Source: Thermoanaerobaculia bacterium (GTDB lineage Bacteria; Acidobacteriota; Thermoanaerobaculia; Gp7-AA8). Taken from it: a DNA stretch of 64,000 bases. A program made the position numbers and the translations under genes. The stretch spans positions 87-64,086 of the forward strand of contig DATELQ010000048.1 in the NCBI GenBank assembly GCA_035276475.1, written 5' to 3'. Under the pieces are notes generated by a model that was given only the letters and a program-made list of their open reading frames with translations, searched no databases and was not told the DNA's origin. Position 1 is the first letter of the stretch. Each line of letters begins with the position of its first letter. Below are positions 47,306-56,646 of this stretch, piece after piece.

Positions 47306-48898
47306 ATGAAACGCCTCACGGATGCGCTCGCCGCGGGCGCCCTCTTCATCGCCTCGCTCGTCGTCTACCGCAAGATCCTCCGGCTCTGGTGGATGTACGA
47401 CGACCCCTTTCTCGTCAATCTGTTGCGCCAATTCTCCCTCCCGCAGTCGCTCTACGCCCGCGACCTCTACCACGCCCTCGGGCGTCCGATCTTCAACCCG
47501 CTGCTGATGTTCTCGCTCAAGGCCGATCTCCTGGCGTTCGGCCTCGACACGACGCGGCTCTACGTCCACCACCTCATCGCCTTCGCCCTCATCCCGCCGC
47601 TCCTGTACCTGCTCTGCCGGCTCTGGACGCCGCCCTTGGCGTCGCTGGCGACGGCGGGGACGGCGCTCGTCGCCGGGCCGACGCTCGAGGTCGTCCCGCA
47701 GTTGATGCTGCGGCACTACATCGAGGGGGGTGTCTTCGCGCTCGCGGCGGCGATTCTCTTCGTCCTGGCGGTCCGGCGCGCGAACGGATGGCTCCTCACC
47801 GCCGCCTCCGCCCTCCTTTATCTATCTGCCGCGGCGGCGAAGGAGGTCTACGCGCCGCTGATTCTCGTCCTGCTGGTGGTGCCGGAGGGGACATGGCGGC
47901 AGCGGATCCGCCTCCTGATCCCGCACGCCGTCGCCGCGGCGATCTTCGGCATCTGGCGGATCGCAGTCGTCGGCACGTCGGTGAAGCCGTTCGGCTTCGT
48001 CGAGCCGCCGTCGCGGCGGCCGATCTCGATCGCCACCGTGCCGTTCCGGGCCATCCGCCAGTTCGCGAACAGCGGGAGCGCGGCAGGGTGGGCGATGCTC
48101 GTGGCGGTGCTGCTCTGCGCTTTGATCGTGGTCGTGCGGATGCCGCGCGCGCGGATCGTCGCCGCCGCCGCGATCGTCGCCGTCGTCGCGCCGCTGATCC
48201 CCGTCTCCGGCGAGATGAACCCGCGGTGGGCGTTCGCGCCGTGGCTCCTGGCCGTCGTGGCCATCGCGTTCCTCGCCCGCGCTCTCCCGCGCGGCGGCGC
48301 AGTCGCCGCGCTCGTGGTGCTCGGCATCGCTTTGGTCGACTACCGCGTCGAATGGCCGCCCGCGTACCGCCGCTTCCTCCGCATCAGCGACGAAGGCCGC
48401 GTGTTCTCGCTCCTCGGCGAGAACGACGTGATCCACAACCCCATCGGCACGCCGACGACGCTGATGGAGATCGGGAAGCTGACGGGCTCGAAGGCGCGCG
48501 CGCTGTACGACGACTTCCCGCTCTGCGACGATCCGAATTTCCGCGTCGGCCGCATCTTCGAGTTCGACCCCGTGCGGCGCGAGGTGGCGGAGACGACGCG
48601 CGCCGCGGCGGCGCGGTCGTGCGCGTCGATCCGCCGCATGCCGCTCGCGCTCGATCTGCACTTCGAGCGCGACGGGTCGTTCTTCTGGACGGCGGGGCCG
48701 TACCGCGACGGGCAGTACACGTTCATCCTGATCGACGGACTGCTCGCCTACGACGTGCCGCGCGAGGCCGGCTTCCGCGCCGACGGCTTCGAGCACTTCA
48801 ATCTGCGTGTGCGCTACACGTCGCCGCAGGGTTGGAAGACGTACTCGCCGATGCTGACGGTGGACTCGAAGAACGGCCCGCTGAGGTTCCGCCAATGA
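47306..48898 (+). CDS. Polytopic membrane protein with a C-terminal soluble domain (possible GT-C-like glycosyltransferase)
   Basis: About 9-11 TM helices. Acidic motif in the first loop (WWMYDDPF). The functional assignment is speculative. Confidence 0.6.
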   Translation: MKRLTDALAAGALFIASLVVYRKILRLWWMYDDPFLVNLLRQFSLPQSLYARDLYHALGRPIFNPLLMFSLKADLLAFGLDTTRLYVHHLIAFALIPPLLYLLCRLWTPPLASLATAGTALVAGPTLEVVPQLMLRHYIEGGVFALAAAILFVLAVRRANGWLLTAASALLYLSAAAAKEVYAPLILVLLVVPEGTWRQRIRLLIPHAVAAAIFGIWRIAVVGTSVKPFGFVEPPSRRPISIATVPFRAIRQFANSGSAAGWAMLVAVLLCALIVVVRMPRARIVAAAAIVAVVAPLIPVSGEMNPRWAFAPWLLAVVAIAFLARALPRGGAVAALVVLGIALVDYRVEWPPAYRRFLRISDEGRVFSLLGENDVIHNPIGTPTTLMEIGKLTGSKARALYDDFPLCDDPNFRVGRIFEFDPVRREVAETTRAAAARSCASIRRMPLALDLHFERDGSFFWTAGPYRDGQYTFILIDGLLAYDVPREAGFRADGFEHFNLRVRYTSPQGWKTYSPMLTVDSKNGPLRFRQ

Positions 48899-49587
48899 TC
48901 CGCCTGCACGCCGACCCCGCCGCGCTGCACGACGCGTATCGCATCGCGCAGCCGTTCCCGCACGCGGTGCTCGACGGGCTCTTCGACGACGAGGAGCTCG
49001 ACGCGGTGCTGGCCGAGTTCCCCTCGCCGGAGCAGATGCGCTGGCTGCGCTTCGACACACCCCAGGAGAAGAAGCTCGGGTTCTTCCACGCCATGAGCGA
49101 GATCCCGCCGCGCATCCGCAGGTTTCTCGACGCGCTGAACGGCTTCGAAATGCTGACGTTCCTCGAGGAGCTCACCGGCATCGACGGGCTGATCCCCGAC
49201 CCGTACTTCGGTGGCGGCGGCGTGCACCAGATCGAGGCCGGCGGCTACCTGAAGATCCACGCCGACTTCAATGTCCATCCGAAGCTGCGCCTCGACCGCC
49301 GCCTGAACATGCTGATCTATCTCAATCGCGATTGGCGCGACGAATACGGCGGCCACCTCGAGCTGTGGGACGCATCGATGCGCGGCTGCGTGCAGCGGAT
49401 CCTGCCGGTTTTCAATCGGACGGTGATTTTCTCGACGACAGATACGTCGTTCCACGGCCACCCGTACCCGCTCACCCCCCCGCCCGGCGAGACGCGCAAG
49501 TCGGTGTCGCTCTACTACTACACGGCGGGACGACCGCAGGAGGAGCGCTCCGCGCCGCACGACACGATTTTCAGGGAGCCGGTGTAG
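48895..49587 (+). CDS. 2OG-Fe(II) oxygenase (prolyl-hydroxylase-like)
   Basis: ATGA overlap with the upstream gene. HxD in LKIHADF, distal His in SFHGHP, Arg in RKSVSLYYY. Confidence 0.8.
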   Translation: MIRLHADPAALHDAYRIAQPFPHAVLDGLFDDEELDAVLAEFPSPEQMRWLRFDTPQEKKLGFFHAMSEIPPRIRRFLDALNGFEMLTFLEELTGIDGLIPDPYFGGGGVHQIEAGGYLKIHADFNVHPKLRLDRRLNMLIYLNRDWRDEYGGHLELWDASMRGCVQRILPVFNRTVIFSTTDTSFHGHPYPLTPPPGETRKSVSLYYYTAGRPQEERSAPHDTIFREPV

Positions 49588-49689
49588 CCAGTCGCAGCCG
49601 GCGTCCCGCCGGCCGCCGCGGCGCCGTCTCGGCGCCGGGGCGGCGGGGACGCCGTCTGTCCGGCCGGCGAGGACGCTGGCTGCGACTAC
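49585..49689. other. Long imperfect GC-rich inverted repeat (~105 nt) between convergent genes
   Basis: GTAGCCAGTCGCAGCCGGCGTCCCGCCGGCCG ... CGGCCGGCGAGGACGCTGGCTGCGACTAC, with an inner hairpin GCGCCgtctcGGCGC. Confidence 0.35.
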
Positions 49690-49811
49690 GCGATCCCCGC
49701 CCGCGGCGCTTTGTGAAGCCCGAGGAGGTAGACCTGCGAGGAGCCGGGATAGCGAACTTGAAGCTCGGGGACCAGTTTGCGCGACAGGTTCTGGTCGAGC
49801 AGCAACTTCAC
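49686..49811 (-). pseudogene. Truncated DUF5615-type (PIN-like toxin) remnant
   Basis: GTG 49811 overlaps the DUF433 stop (GTGA). Encodes VKLLLDQNLSRKLVPELQVRYPGSSQVYLLGL, then stops at 41 codons. From memory, full-length family members are about 110 aa. Confidence 0.5.
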
Positions 49812-50032
49812 TCTCGCGCCGCCGGCGGCCGGCCTTCACGATCGGCGGCGAAACTGAGGCAGGCCAGGATGTCCTCGTGCGTGAGCTCTGGAAAATCGTC
49901 GAGGACTTCCTGCTCGGTCATGCCCGAGGCGAGGTAGGAGAGCACGTCGTACACCGTGATCCGCATCCCGCGGATGCAAGGCTGCCCGCCGCGTTTGCCT
50001 GGCTCGATCGTGATGATGCTCTGGTAGTCCAT
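49808..50032 (-). CDS. DUF433-family (antitoxin-like) protein
   Basis: GKRGGQPCIRGMRITVYDVL ... EDILACLSFA is the typical DUF433 core. Confidence 0.8.
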   Translation of the reverse strand: MDYQSIITIEPGKRGGQPCIRGMRITVYDVLSYLASGMTEQEVLDDFPELTHEDILACLSFAADREGRPPAARE

Positions 50033-50044
50033 GTCTTTCTCAGT

Positions 50045-50932
50045 TTACGCGATCCGCGCCGCCCGCCCGGCCAGCCACACCCCCGCGAAGATCATCACCC
50101 CCGCGACGATTGCCACCGCCCGGATCTGCTCGCCGAGGAACATCGCGGCGAGCATCACGGTCATGACCGGCTGCAGGTAGGTGTACGCCGCCACGAGCGA
50201 GCTGTCGGTGTGCGCGAGCGCCCAGGCGTTGAGCAGGTACGCGGCGATCGTCGGGCCGGCGATCACGAACGCGAGCGACAGCCACGCCCCCGGCGGAATC
50301 GCGCGCCAGTTCAGGCGCAGCATCGGCACGGCGGCGATCGGCAGCATCACCACTGCGGCGATCGCGAACATCCTCGCCACCACGCGCAGCGGCGACAAGC
50401 GCGCCATGTCGCGCTTCGACAGCACGAGGAACAGCGCGTAGGCGAGCGAGTTGCCGATGATCAGAAGATCGCCCAGGAGCGACTTTGTCGCGCCGCCGAA
50501 GCCCTCGCCGCCGACCACTGTCAGCGCCCCCGCCGCGGCGAGCGCGATCCCGGCGATCTTCATCGCCGTCACATGCTCTTCACCGAACACCATCGCCGCG
50601 CCGAGCGTGAAGACCGGCACGGCCGTGATCAGAATCGCCGCGACGTGCGCCGACGTCAGCGCCAGGCCGGCCAGGAACATCGACTGATTGATCACCACGC
50701 CGAGGAGCGAGTAGAGCGCGACGCGCTTGAAGTCGGCGCGCGAGAGCGGCGCCGCGCCGCGGATCAGCGCATTCATCACGATCGCCGCGCCGAGCACGCG
50801 CAGGTACGCGAACGTGAACGGATCGAACGACGACATGCCGAGCTTCGACACGACGTAGTTCACCGCGAAGAGGAAGTTGACGGTGAAGAGTGCGAGGTGA
50901 ATGACGCCGCGGCTAGGACTCAAGCCACACAT
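50045..50932 (-). CDS. DMT-superfamily (EamA) transporter
   Basis: 10 TM helices as two EamA halves. Overlaps the upstream gene end by 20 nt. Confidence 0.85.
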   Translation of the reverse strand: MCGLSPSRGVIHLALFTVNFLFAVNYVVSKLGMSSFDPFTFAYLRVLGAAIVMNALIRGAAPLSRADFKRVALYSLLGVVINQSMFLAGLALTSAHVAAILITAVPVFTLGAAMVFGEEHVTAMKIAGIALAAAGALTVVGGEGFGGATKSLLGDLLIIGNSLAYALFLVLSKRDMARLSPLRVVARMFAIAAVVMLPIAAVPMLRLNWRAIPPGAWLSLAFVIAGPTIAAYLLNAWALAHTDSSLVAAYTYLQPVMTVMLAAMFLGEQIRAVAIVAGVMIFAGVWLAGRAARIA

Positions 50933-53900
50933 CCGCGTAGCGCACCGGCGGCGGCACCAGCGACGTCCGCAGCCCGCGCACGCTCGGCTTGTGCAGCACG
51001 AAGAAGCGCTCGTGGAACAGCGGCACCAGCGGCGCCTCCTCGACCACGCCGCGGTCGAGCTGGCGGTAGATCTCCGCGCGGCGGTCCATGTCGTTCGTGC
51101 GGCGCGCCTCCAGCATCAGCGCGTCCCAGTCGTTGCGATGGAAGTGGAAGCCGCGCAGCGAATTCGCGTCGGAGTGGAAAAACACGTAGAAGAAATTGTC
51201 GGAGTCGGGGAAGTCGGCGTACCAGTTGCCGCAGAAAACGAGCCCGTGCCCGGCCGTGTTCAGCGGCTTGCGCGCCTCCACCGCCGAGTGCTCGCTGACG
51301 CTCACCTCGATCCCCACCGCGGCCAGGTCCTCGAGGATCAGCGCGAGCTGCCCGGAGTTGCGGAACTCGTCCGTGTCCCACGTCCGGTAATTCACGCGGA
51401 ACCCGCCGCCGTAGCCGGCTTGGCGCAGCAGCGTGCGCGCGCGCTCGGGGTCGTAGTCGTAGCCGCGCAGACTGGCGTCGTAGCCGAGGAGGCCGGGCGG
51501 CAGCAGCGCGCGCGAGATCACGCCGAGGCCGGCGAAAACCTCGTTGTTGATCCGGTCGCGATTGATCGCGTAGTTGATCGCCTGGCGCACCTCGCGCTTG
51601 TTGAACGGCGCCACCGAGCAGTCGTAGCCGAAGTACGACGTGTGCAACTGCACCGTCGTCAGCATGTACGGCGCGTAGCGCGGATCCTCGCGCAGCTCCG
51701 ACACCATCTTCAGCGGCACGCCGTGGGCGATGTCGATCTCCCCGCGCAGGAATGCCTCCGCCACGTCGCGGAAGCTGCGCAGGTCGAGGCGGAATGTCAG
51801 CTCGTCGAGGTGTGGCATGCCCGGAACGTAGTAGTCGCGGTTGCGGCGCATCCGCACGTGCTTCCCTTCGACCGCCTCCTCGACCTTGAACGGCCCCGCG
51901 CCGGCGGGGTTGAGCCGGAAGTGCTCGCGGTCGCGCGCCTCCTCGGCCGGGATGATCACCGTCTCGTTCATCGTCAGGAGCGAGAGGAAGAACGCCAGCG
52001 GCTCGTCGAGCGTGATGTCGACCGTGTAGGCGTCGCGCTCGACGATGCCGGCCAGGCGGCGCGTGCGCCCTTCGAGCACGTCCTTCGCCCCGCGCACGTT
52101 GAGGAGCAGCCACGACGCGCCGGAGGCGTTCTCCGGCAAGAGCGTGCGCACGAGCGAGTCGTGCACGTCCTTCGCCTCGAAGAGCCGCCCGTTCGAGAAG
52201 CGCACGCCGCGGCGGAGATGGAAGCGGTAGACGTGCCCCTGCTCGAGCACCTCCCACCGCTCGGCCATGCCGGGCATCAGCTCCGCCCCTTCGCCGTAGA
52301 CGACGAGATTCGAGTGCACCGCCTTCGACATGTAGCCGAGCGCCGCGGCGCCGATGTAAATCGGATCGAACGTCAGTTGCTGCCACAGCACCGTCGACGT
52401 CGCGATCGCGCCGCCTTCGCTCGGCGACGGCAGCGTGAAGCGGCCGAGCTCCGAGCCGAGCAGCGTCGACTCGTGCGACAGCGTGTTCGCCATCTGATTG
52501 AGATCCGAGATCGAGACGTTCGACTCGCGCGTGGCCTGCTGCACCACGCCCATCGCCTTCACGATCGCGGACGACTCCGTGGCCAGGATCGACGTCGCCT
52601 CGAGCACGTTCTGCACGAGGCCCATCACGTTCTCCATGGCCTTGCTGATGGCCCGGCTGCCGGTCTCCTGCTCCGACATGGCCCGCTTGAGGTGCTTCGT
52701 GTAGTCGCGCACCGTGGCGGCCTGCTCGCCGACTTTGCGCGACGTCTGCGACTGCTGCTGCGTCGCCGTCGCCGTCTGCTGCACCATCTTCGTCACTTCT
52801 TCGATGGCCGCCGTGGCCGCGGCGCTGCCGCGCGCCTGCTCCTCGGTCGCACGCGCGATCTCGCCGATCGAGTTCGTCGAGCGCGCGGTGAGGTCGAGGA
52901 TCTTGTCGAGCACCTGCTCGGCGCGCGCGGTGAGGCCGACGCCGTCGGCGACGCGGTCGGCGCTGAGGGTCATCTGCTCCGCGGCGCGGTCGACGGCGCG
53001 CTGCACGTTCTGGATCAGCGTGCGGATCTCGTCGGTCGAAACCGAGGTGCGCTCGGAGAGGTCGCGGATCTCGTCGGCGACCACGGCGAAGCCTTTGCCG
53101 CGCTCGCCCGCCTGCGCGGCGATGATGGCGGCGTTGAGCGCGAGGAGGTTCGTCTGCCCGGCGATCTCGTCGATCACGCGCACGATCTCGCCGATCTCCT
53201 GCGAGCGCGCAGCGAGCTCGCCGAGCGCGTTCTTGGCCTCGTCGACGGCGTCCTCGATCTTGCGCATGCCGTCGACCGTCCCCTTGACCGCCTCGCGCCC
53301 TTCGTTCGCCGCGTCCTTCACGTACCGCGCGAGCTCGCTCGACGACTTTGCCGACTTCCCGATCTCCTCGGTCGTGGCATTCATCTCCACCATCGAGCTC
53401 GCCGTCTGCAGCGCGAACGACGAGAACGACTCCGTGTTCGTCGCCACTTGATTGATCGACGCCGACATCTCCTCGAACGCGCTCGCCGTCTGGTCGACGA
53501 AGTCGGAGAGCGTGTCGGCGATGCGGCCCACTTCTTCGATCGACGCCGACATCTCCAGGACGGACGTCGACGTCTCCTCGGCGTTGGCGGAGAGCTCTTC
53601 CATCGACGTGCGCACGTTGTTGATCGACTGGTCGATCTGGCTGACCGACGCGGATGTCGTCTCCGTCGACACCAGCTGCTCGCCGGCGCTCTTGGCCAGG
53701 ATCCGCGAGCGGCCGCTGATCTGGTTGCTGACGGTGGAGACGTCGGTGGCGAGTTGGCCGAAGCGGCGGATGGTGCGCTCGAGGTTGGAGACGAGGGCGC
53801 GCATCGCGTCGGCCATGCGCGTCGACTGCGCCGCCGAGCGGATGTCGTTCGCGCTCAGGGAGAGGTCGCCGCCGGTGATGCGGTGGAGGAGCTGGATCGC

Positions 53901-54107
53901 GGAGTCGCGGCGCTGGACGATGGTGCGCAGCCAGAGCTGGAAGAAGGTGATGCAAATGCCGCTGGCGACGAGGGCGGCCAGCATGATGCGCCACCAGAGC
54001 GCGAAGGTCATCGCGCCGATGAACCAGAGGAAAGAGCCGAAGAGAACGATGCAGACAACGACGAGCACCCACATCTGCTGTGCGCGACCGAAGCGCCGTC
54101 CGTTCAT
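50913..54107 (-). CDS. Methyl-accepting chemotaxis protein fused to a C-terminal family-5 solute-binding (DppA/OppA-like) domain
   Basis: ATG 54107. TM hairpin, then MA domain with the invariant tip EIAGQTNLLALNAAIIAAQAGERGKGFAVVADEIRDLSERT. The following ~520 aa are SBP_bac_5-like (RFSNGRLFEAKDV, YYVPGMPHLDELTF, INYAINRD). Confidence 0.85.
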   Translation of the reverse strand: MNGRRFGRAQQMWVLVVVCIVLFGSFLWFIGAMTFALWWRIMLAALVASGICITFFQLWLRTIVQRRDSAIQLLHRITGGDLSLSANDIRSAAQSTRMADAMRALVSNLERTIRRFGQLATDVSTVSNQISGRSRILAKSAGEQLVSTETTSASVSQIDQSINNVRTSMEELSANAEETSTSVLEMSASIEEVGRIADTLSDFVDQTASAFEEMSASINQVATNTESFSSFALQTASSMVEMNATTEEIGKSAKSSSELARYVKDAANEGREAVKGTVDGMRKIEDAVDEAKNALGELAARSQEIGEIVRVIDEIAGQTNLLALNAAIIAAQAGERGKGFAVVADEIRDLSERTSVSTDEIRTLIQNVQRAVDRAAEQMTLSADRVADGVGLTARAEQVLDKILDLTARSTNSIGEIARATEEQARGSAAATAAIEEVTKMVQQTATATQQQSQTSRKVGEQAATVRDYTKHLKRAMSEQETGSRAISKAMENVMGLVQNVLEATSILATESSAIVKAMGVVQQATRESNVSISDLNQMANTLSHESTLLGSELGRFTLPSPSEGGAIATSTVLWQQLTFDPIYIGAAALGYMSKAVHSNLVVYGEGAELMPGMAERWEVLEQGHVYRFHLRRGVRFSNGRLFEAKDVHDSLVRTLLPENASGASWLLLNVRGAKDVLEGRTRRLAGIVERDAYTVDITLDEPLAFFLSLLTMNETVIIPAEEARDREHFRLNPAGAGPFKVEEAVEGKHVRMRRNRDYYVPGMPHLDELTFRLDLRSFRDVAEAFLRGEIDIAHGVPLKMVSELREDPRYAPYMLTTVQLHTSYFGYDCSVAPFNKREVRQAINYAINRDRINNEVFAGLGVISRALLPPGLLGYDASLRGYDYDPERARTLLRQAGYGGGFRVNYRTWDTDEFRNSGQLALILEDLAAVGIEVSVSEHSAVEARKPLNTAGHGLVFCGNWYADFPDSDNFFYVFFHSDANSLRGFHFHRNDWDALMLEARRTNDMDRRAEIYRQLDRGVVEEAPLVPLFHERFFVLHKPSVRGLRTSLVPPPVRYADVWLES

Positions 54108-54137
54108 CTCTCCACGCGATGCTACCATCAGCCCGCT

Positions 54138-55013
54138 TTGAACGACTACTTCGCCGCGCGGCGGTCGCTCATCGACGAGCATCTCCGCGCGCTGGCCGGG
54201 CGCGCCGGCGCCCCGAAGCCGCTGGCCGAGCCGCTGCGGCGCGCGTTCACCTCGCCGGGGAAACGGGTGCGCGGGATCCTCACGCTGGCGGTGGGGGAGT
54301 CGTGCGGGGCGAAGCCGGAAAAGCTCCTCGACGCCGCCGCGGCGATGGAGATGATCCACACGTCGTCGCTGATCCTCGACGACCTGCCGGCGATGGACGA
54401 CGCGCAGCTCCGCCGCGGCGCCCCGACGCTGCACCGCGAGTTCGGCGAAGACCTGGCCATTCTCTCCTCGGTGGCGTTGCTGAATCACGCCTACGGGCTG
54501 GTGGCGCGCAATCACGCGGCGACGTCGCCGCGGCAGTGGCCGATGCAGCAGGTTCTGAAGCGCGTCGTGGATGCCGTCGGCTTCGACGGCACGATCGCGG
54601 GGGAGGCCGTCGACCTGCACAGCGAAGGCTCTGCCTTGGACTTCGACACGTTGGAATTCATCCACTCGCGCAAGACCGGCGCGCTGTTCGTCGCGGCCGC
54701 TGCCGTCGGCGGGATGCTGGCGAACATCTCGCCCGCGGCGTTGTCGCGCATCGAGACGTTCGCGAAGAACCTCGGCCTGGCGTTCCAGATCACGGACGAC
54801 GTGCTCGACGTCGTCGGCACGCCGGAAGTCCTCGGCAAGGATGTGGGGAAGGACGCGCAGCGCCTGACGTTCGTGAAGCTCGCCGGCGTGGACGGCGCGC
54901 GCAAGCTGAGCGAGGAGCTGGTGGAGACGTCGCTCGCGGCGATCTCGAACCTCGGGCCGGGCGCGACGCCGCTGCGGGAGCTGGCCGTGCTGGTGCGCGA
55001 TCGCGTGAAGTAG
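54138..55013 (+). CDS. Polyprenyl (geranylgeranyl/farnesyl) diphosphate synthase
   Basis: TTG 54138 (no in-frame ATG nearby). FARM motif LILDDLPAMDD and SARM motif ITDDVLD. The rest of track ORF 50901..55013 is antisense shadow. Confidence 0.85.
   Translation: MNDYFAARRSLIDEHLRALAGRAGAPKPLAEPLRRAFTSPGKRVRGILTLAVGESCGAKPEKLLDAAAAMEMIHTSSLILDDLPAMDDAQLRRGAPTLHREFGEDLAILSSVALLNHAYGLVARNHAATSPRQWPMQQVLKRVVDAVGFDGTIAGEAVDLHSEGSALDFDTLEFIHSRKTGALFVAAAAVGGMLANISPAALSRIETFAKNLGLAFQITDDVLDVVGTPEVLGKDVGKDAQRLTFVKLAGVDGARKLSEELVETSLAAISNLGPGATPLRELAVLVRDRVK
54872..55013 (+). repeat. Left copy of the direct repeat (functional 3' end of the polyprenyl synthase gene)
   Basis: Aligns with 57702..57834. 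A 47-nt identical core (GAGGAGCTGGTGGAG...CTCGGGCC) is followed by mostly synonymous third-position mismatches. Confidence 0.8.
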
Positions 55014-55116
55014 CTACGCTGAGCTCTACTTGTCTGCGGTTCCATTCCCTCATGGGCACCAATACTTTCTCTCTGGATTCGCCTTATAAGTTCGCCCTAT
55101 ACTTCTGCCACGCCCG

Positions 55117-56646
55117 ATGTCTGTAATTCGGAGAATTGTGCTCGTAGATGAGCCGCGGCATTCCCTATGGCAGCAGGTCACTGCGGAGCTCGACCGTATC
55201 TTGTCGGCGGCCGCCGCAGAGGTTCAGAGCGATATCGAAGTTCGAATTGCGTTAAATCCTGTTTCCGAGGTTCCGACGTGCTTCATCGGTCATGCGGCTT
55301 CCCGCGAGTGGAAAACCCCGATTGACGATGCCAACGGAGAGCACTGCTGGATACTTACCTCAGGTGGTGCACTCTCCGACGAAGAGGTGGTGTTCGACGG
55401 CGACCGGGTTCTCAGACTCTCCCATGTCTATAGCCGGGTGCCTCACTTTCACGATTGGTTTTTGGCTTGGATTCATGCAGGACTGGATCGACAACATTTT
55501 CGTCAGATTGCCGGCGAGCTCATTCAACCTACCAGCCGCAACGTCATTTCCGTTTGCCGCCGTCTGCAGATTACTGCGACATCGTTGCATGCGATCACCG
55601 GCAGCGCCCTCGCTGCGGTACGGAGCCGACCTTCGGCTGAAGCGGAGATTATCGACTGGGCGGTGGAAGGCATTCAACTTGCGCTCGCCGATACGGATCT
55701 TCACGAGGTCAACGTCGATTACACATTCCTGCGTTTCGCCGTAAAGGACAAGGATCTCTCCAAACGGTTGCGACACGTTTTTCACCCTCGAACGGGTGCT
55801 GTCGTCCATGCCGTCGAATGGACACGTGCCGCCGGCGATCTTGAGCGACTGGACAAGGCGCTGGCGAACGGCTTGTCTTGGCTAGCCGCGGTTGTTTCCG
55901 GAGAGCTGAACCTCCAGGATCAATTGTGTAAGCTCGAAGATCAGTTACGGGTGGTTGTTTTTGCGTTAGCGCGTTTGGCCCGTGGCCGCAGCATTCGTTC
56001 TTCTCGTTTTGTTTCCATCGTCCAGTCCGAGTGGGCTGTGCATGTACTGCGAACCGCTGTCGCGTTGACATATCCGCCTGCCGATGATAGCCGCTGGTTG
56101 ATCGGCAACTATGGTCATACACCGCTGCATCCCGGTGCGTTGCAGGAAACGGCTTTGGTGCGAGCGGCAGCGGACGTGGAGCTTTTGAGGCGACTGCTGT
56201 CATTTGATGTCGAAAGGGCATCCGTTGTTCATGAAGGCAACAATCGACTAATGGCCATTGTGCCTATGATCGATTTGATCGATCGGTTCCGTGCGCCTGA
56301 ACACCTTCTGCGTCGACAGAACGCCTTGCAGCGTTTGACAGACATCGCCGCGAATTTGGAATCGAACCCGCCGCGGATCATCGAGTTCCTGACGACTCTC
56401 GAAACTCGTGGCTTCCAGATGACAACTGTTTTCCGCAGAGAATCCGAGGATGCCATCGCTGCGCTCCGGCGATTGCCCCGGCACCTCGGCATCCTGAAAT
56501 CAAATGATTCTAGAGAAGCGGTCGAGGCGATCCGTGCCGATATGAGGCTGATACGCAATACCCTATCGACAATTCGTTCGACGCAGACCTTTGGCTTTTC
56601 CGTCGTCGATCTTCACTCGTCATTGATGGACGGGCGAGGCCGCTGA
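55117..56646 (+). CDS. Hypothetical 509-aa protein, no recognisable domain (islet gene 1)
   Basis: Only long ORF on this strand here. Its stop overlaps the next gene's start (TGATG). Mostly helical-looking sequence. No motif I can name. Confidence 0.7.
   Translation: MSVIRRIVLVDEPRHSLWQQVTAELDRILSAAAAEVQSDIEVRIALNPVSEVPTCFIGHAASREWKTPIDDANGEHCWILTSGGALSDEEVVFDGDRVLRLSHVYSRVPHFHDWFLAWIHAGLDRQHFRQIAGELIQPTSRNVISVCRRLQITATSLHAITGSALAAVRSRPSAEAEIIDWAVEGIQLALADTDLHEVNVDYTFLRFAVKDKDLSKRLRHVFHPRTGAVVHAVEWTRAAGDLERLDKALANGLSWLAAVVSGELNLQDQLCKLEDQLRVVVFALARLARGRSIRSSRFVSIVQSEWAVHVLRTAVALTYPPADDSRWLIGNYGHTPLHPGALQETALVRAAADVELLRRLLSFDVERASVVHEGNNRLMAIVPMIDLIDRFRAPEHLLRRQNALQRLTDIAANLESNPPRIIEFLTTLETRGFQMTTVFRRESEDAIAALRRLPRHLGILKSNDSREAVEAIRADMRLIRNTLSTIRSTQTFGFSVVDLHSSLMDGRGR

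Noticed and set aside
50901-54137. N-terminal 1079 codons of the 1370-aa plus-strand ORF ending at 55013
   Set aside because: This stretch is antisense to the MCP-SBP gene and low-complexity. Only the last 291 codons (from TTG 54138) resemble a polyprenyl synthase.
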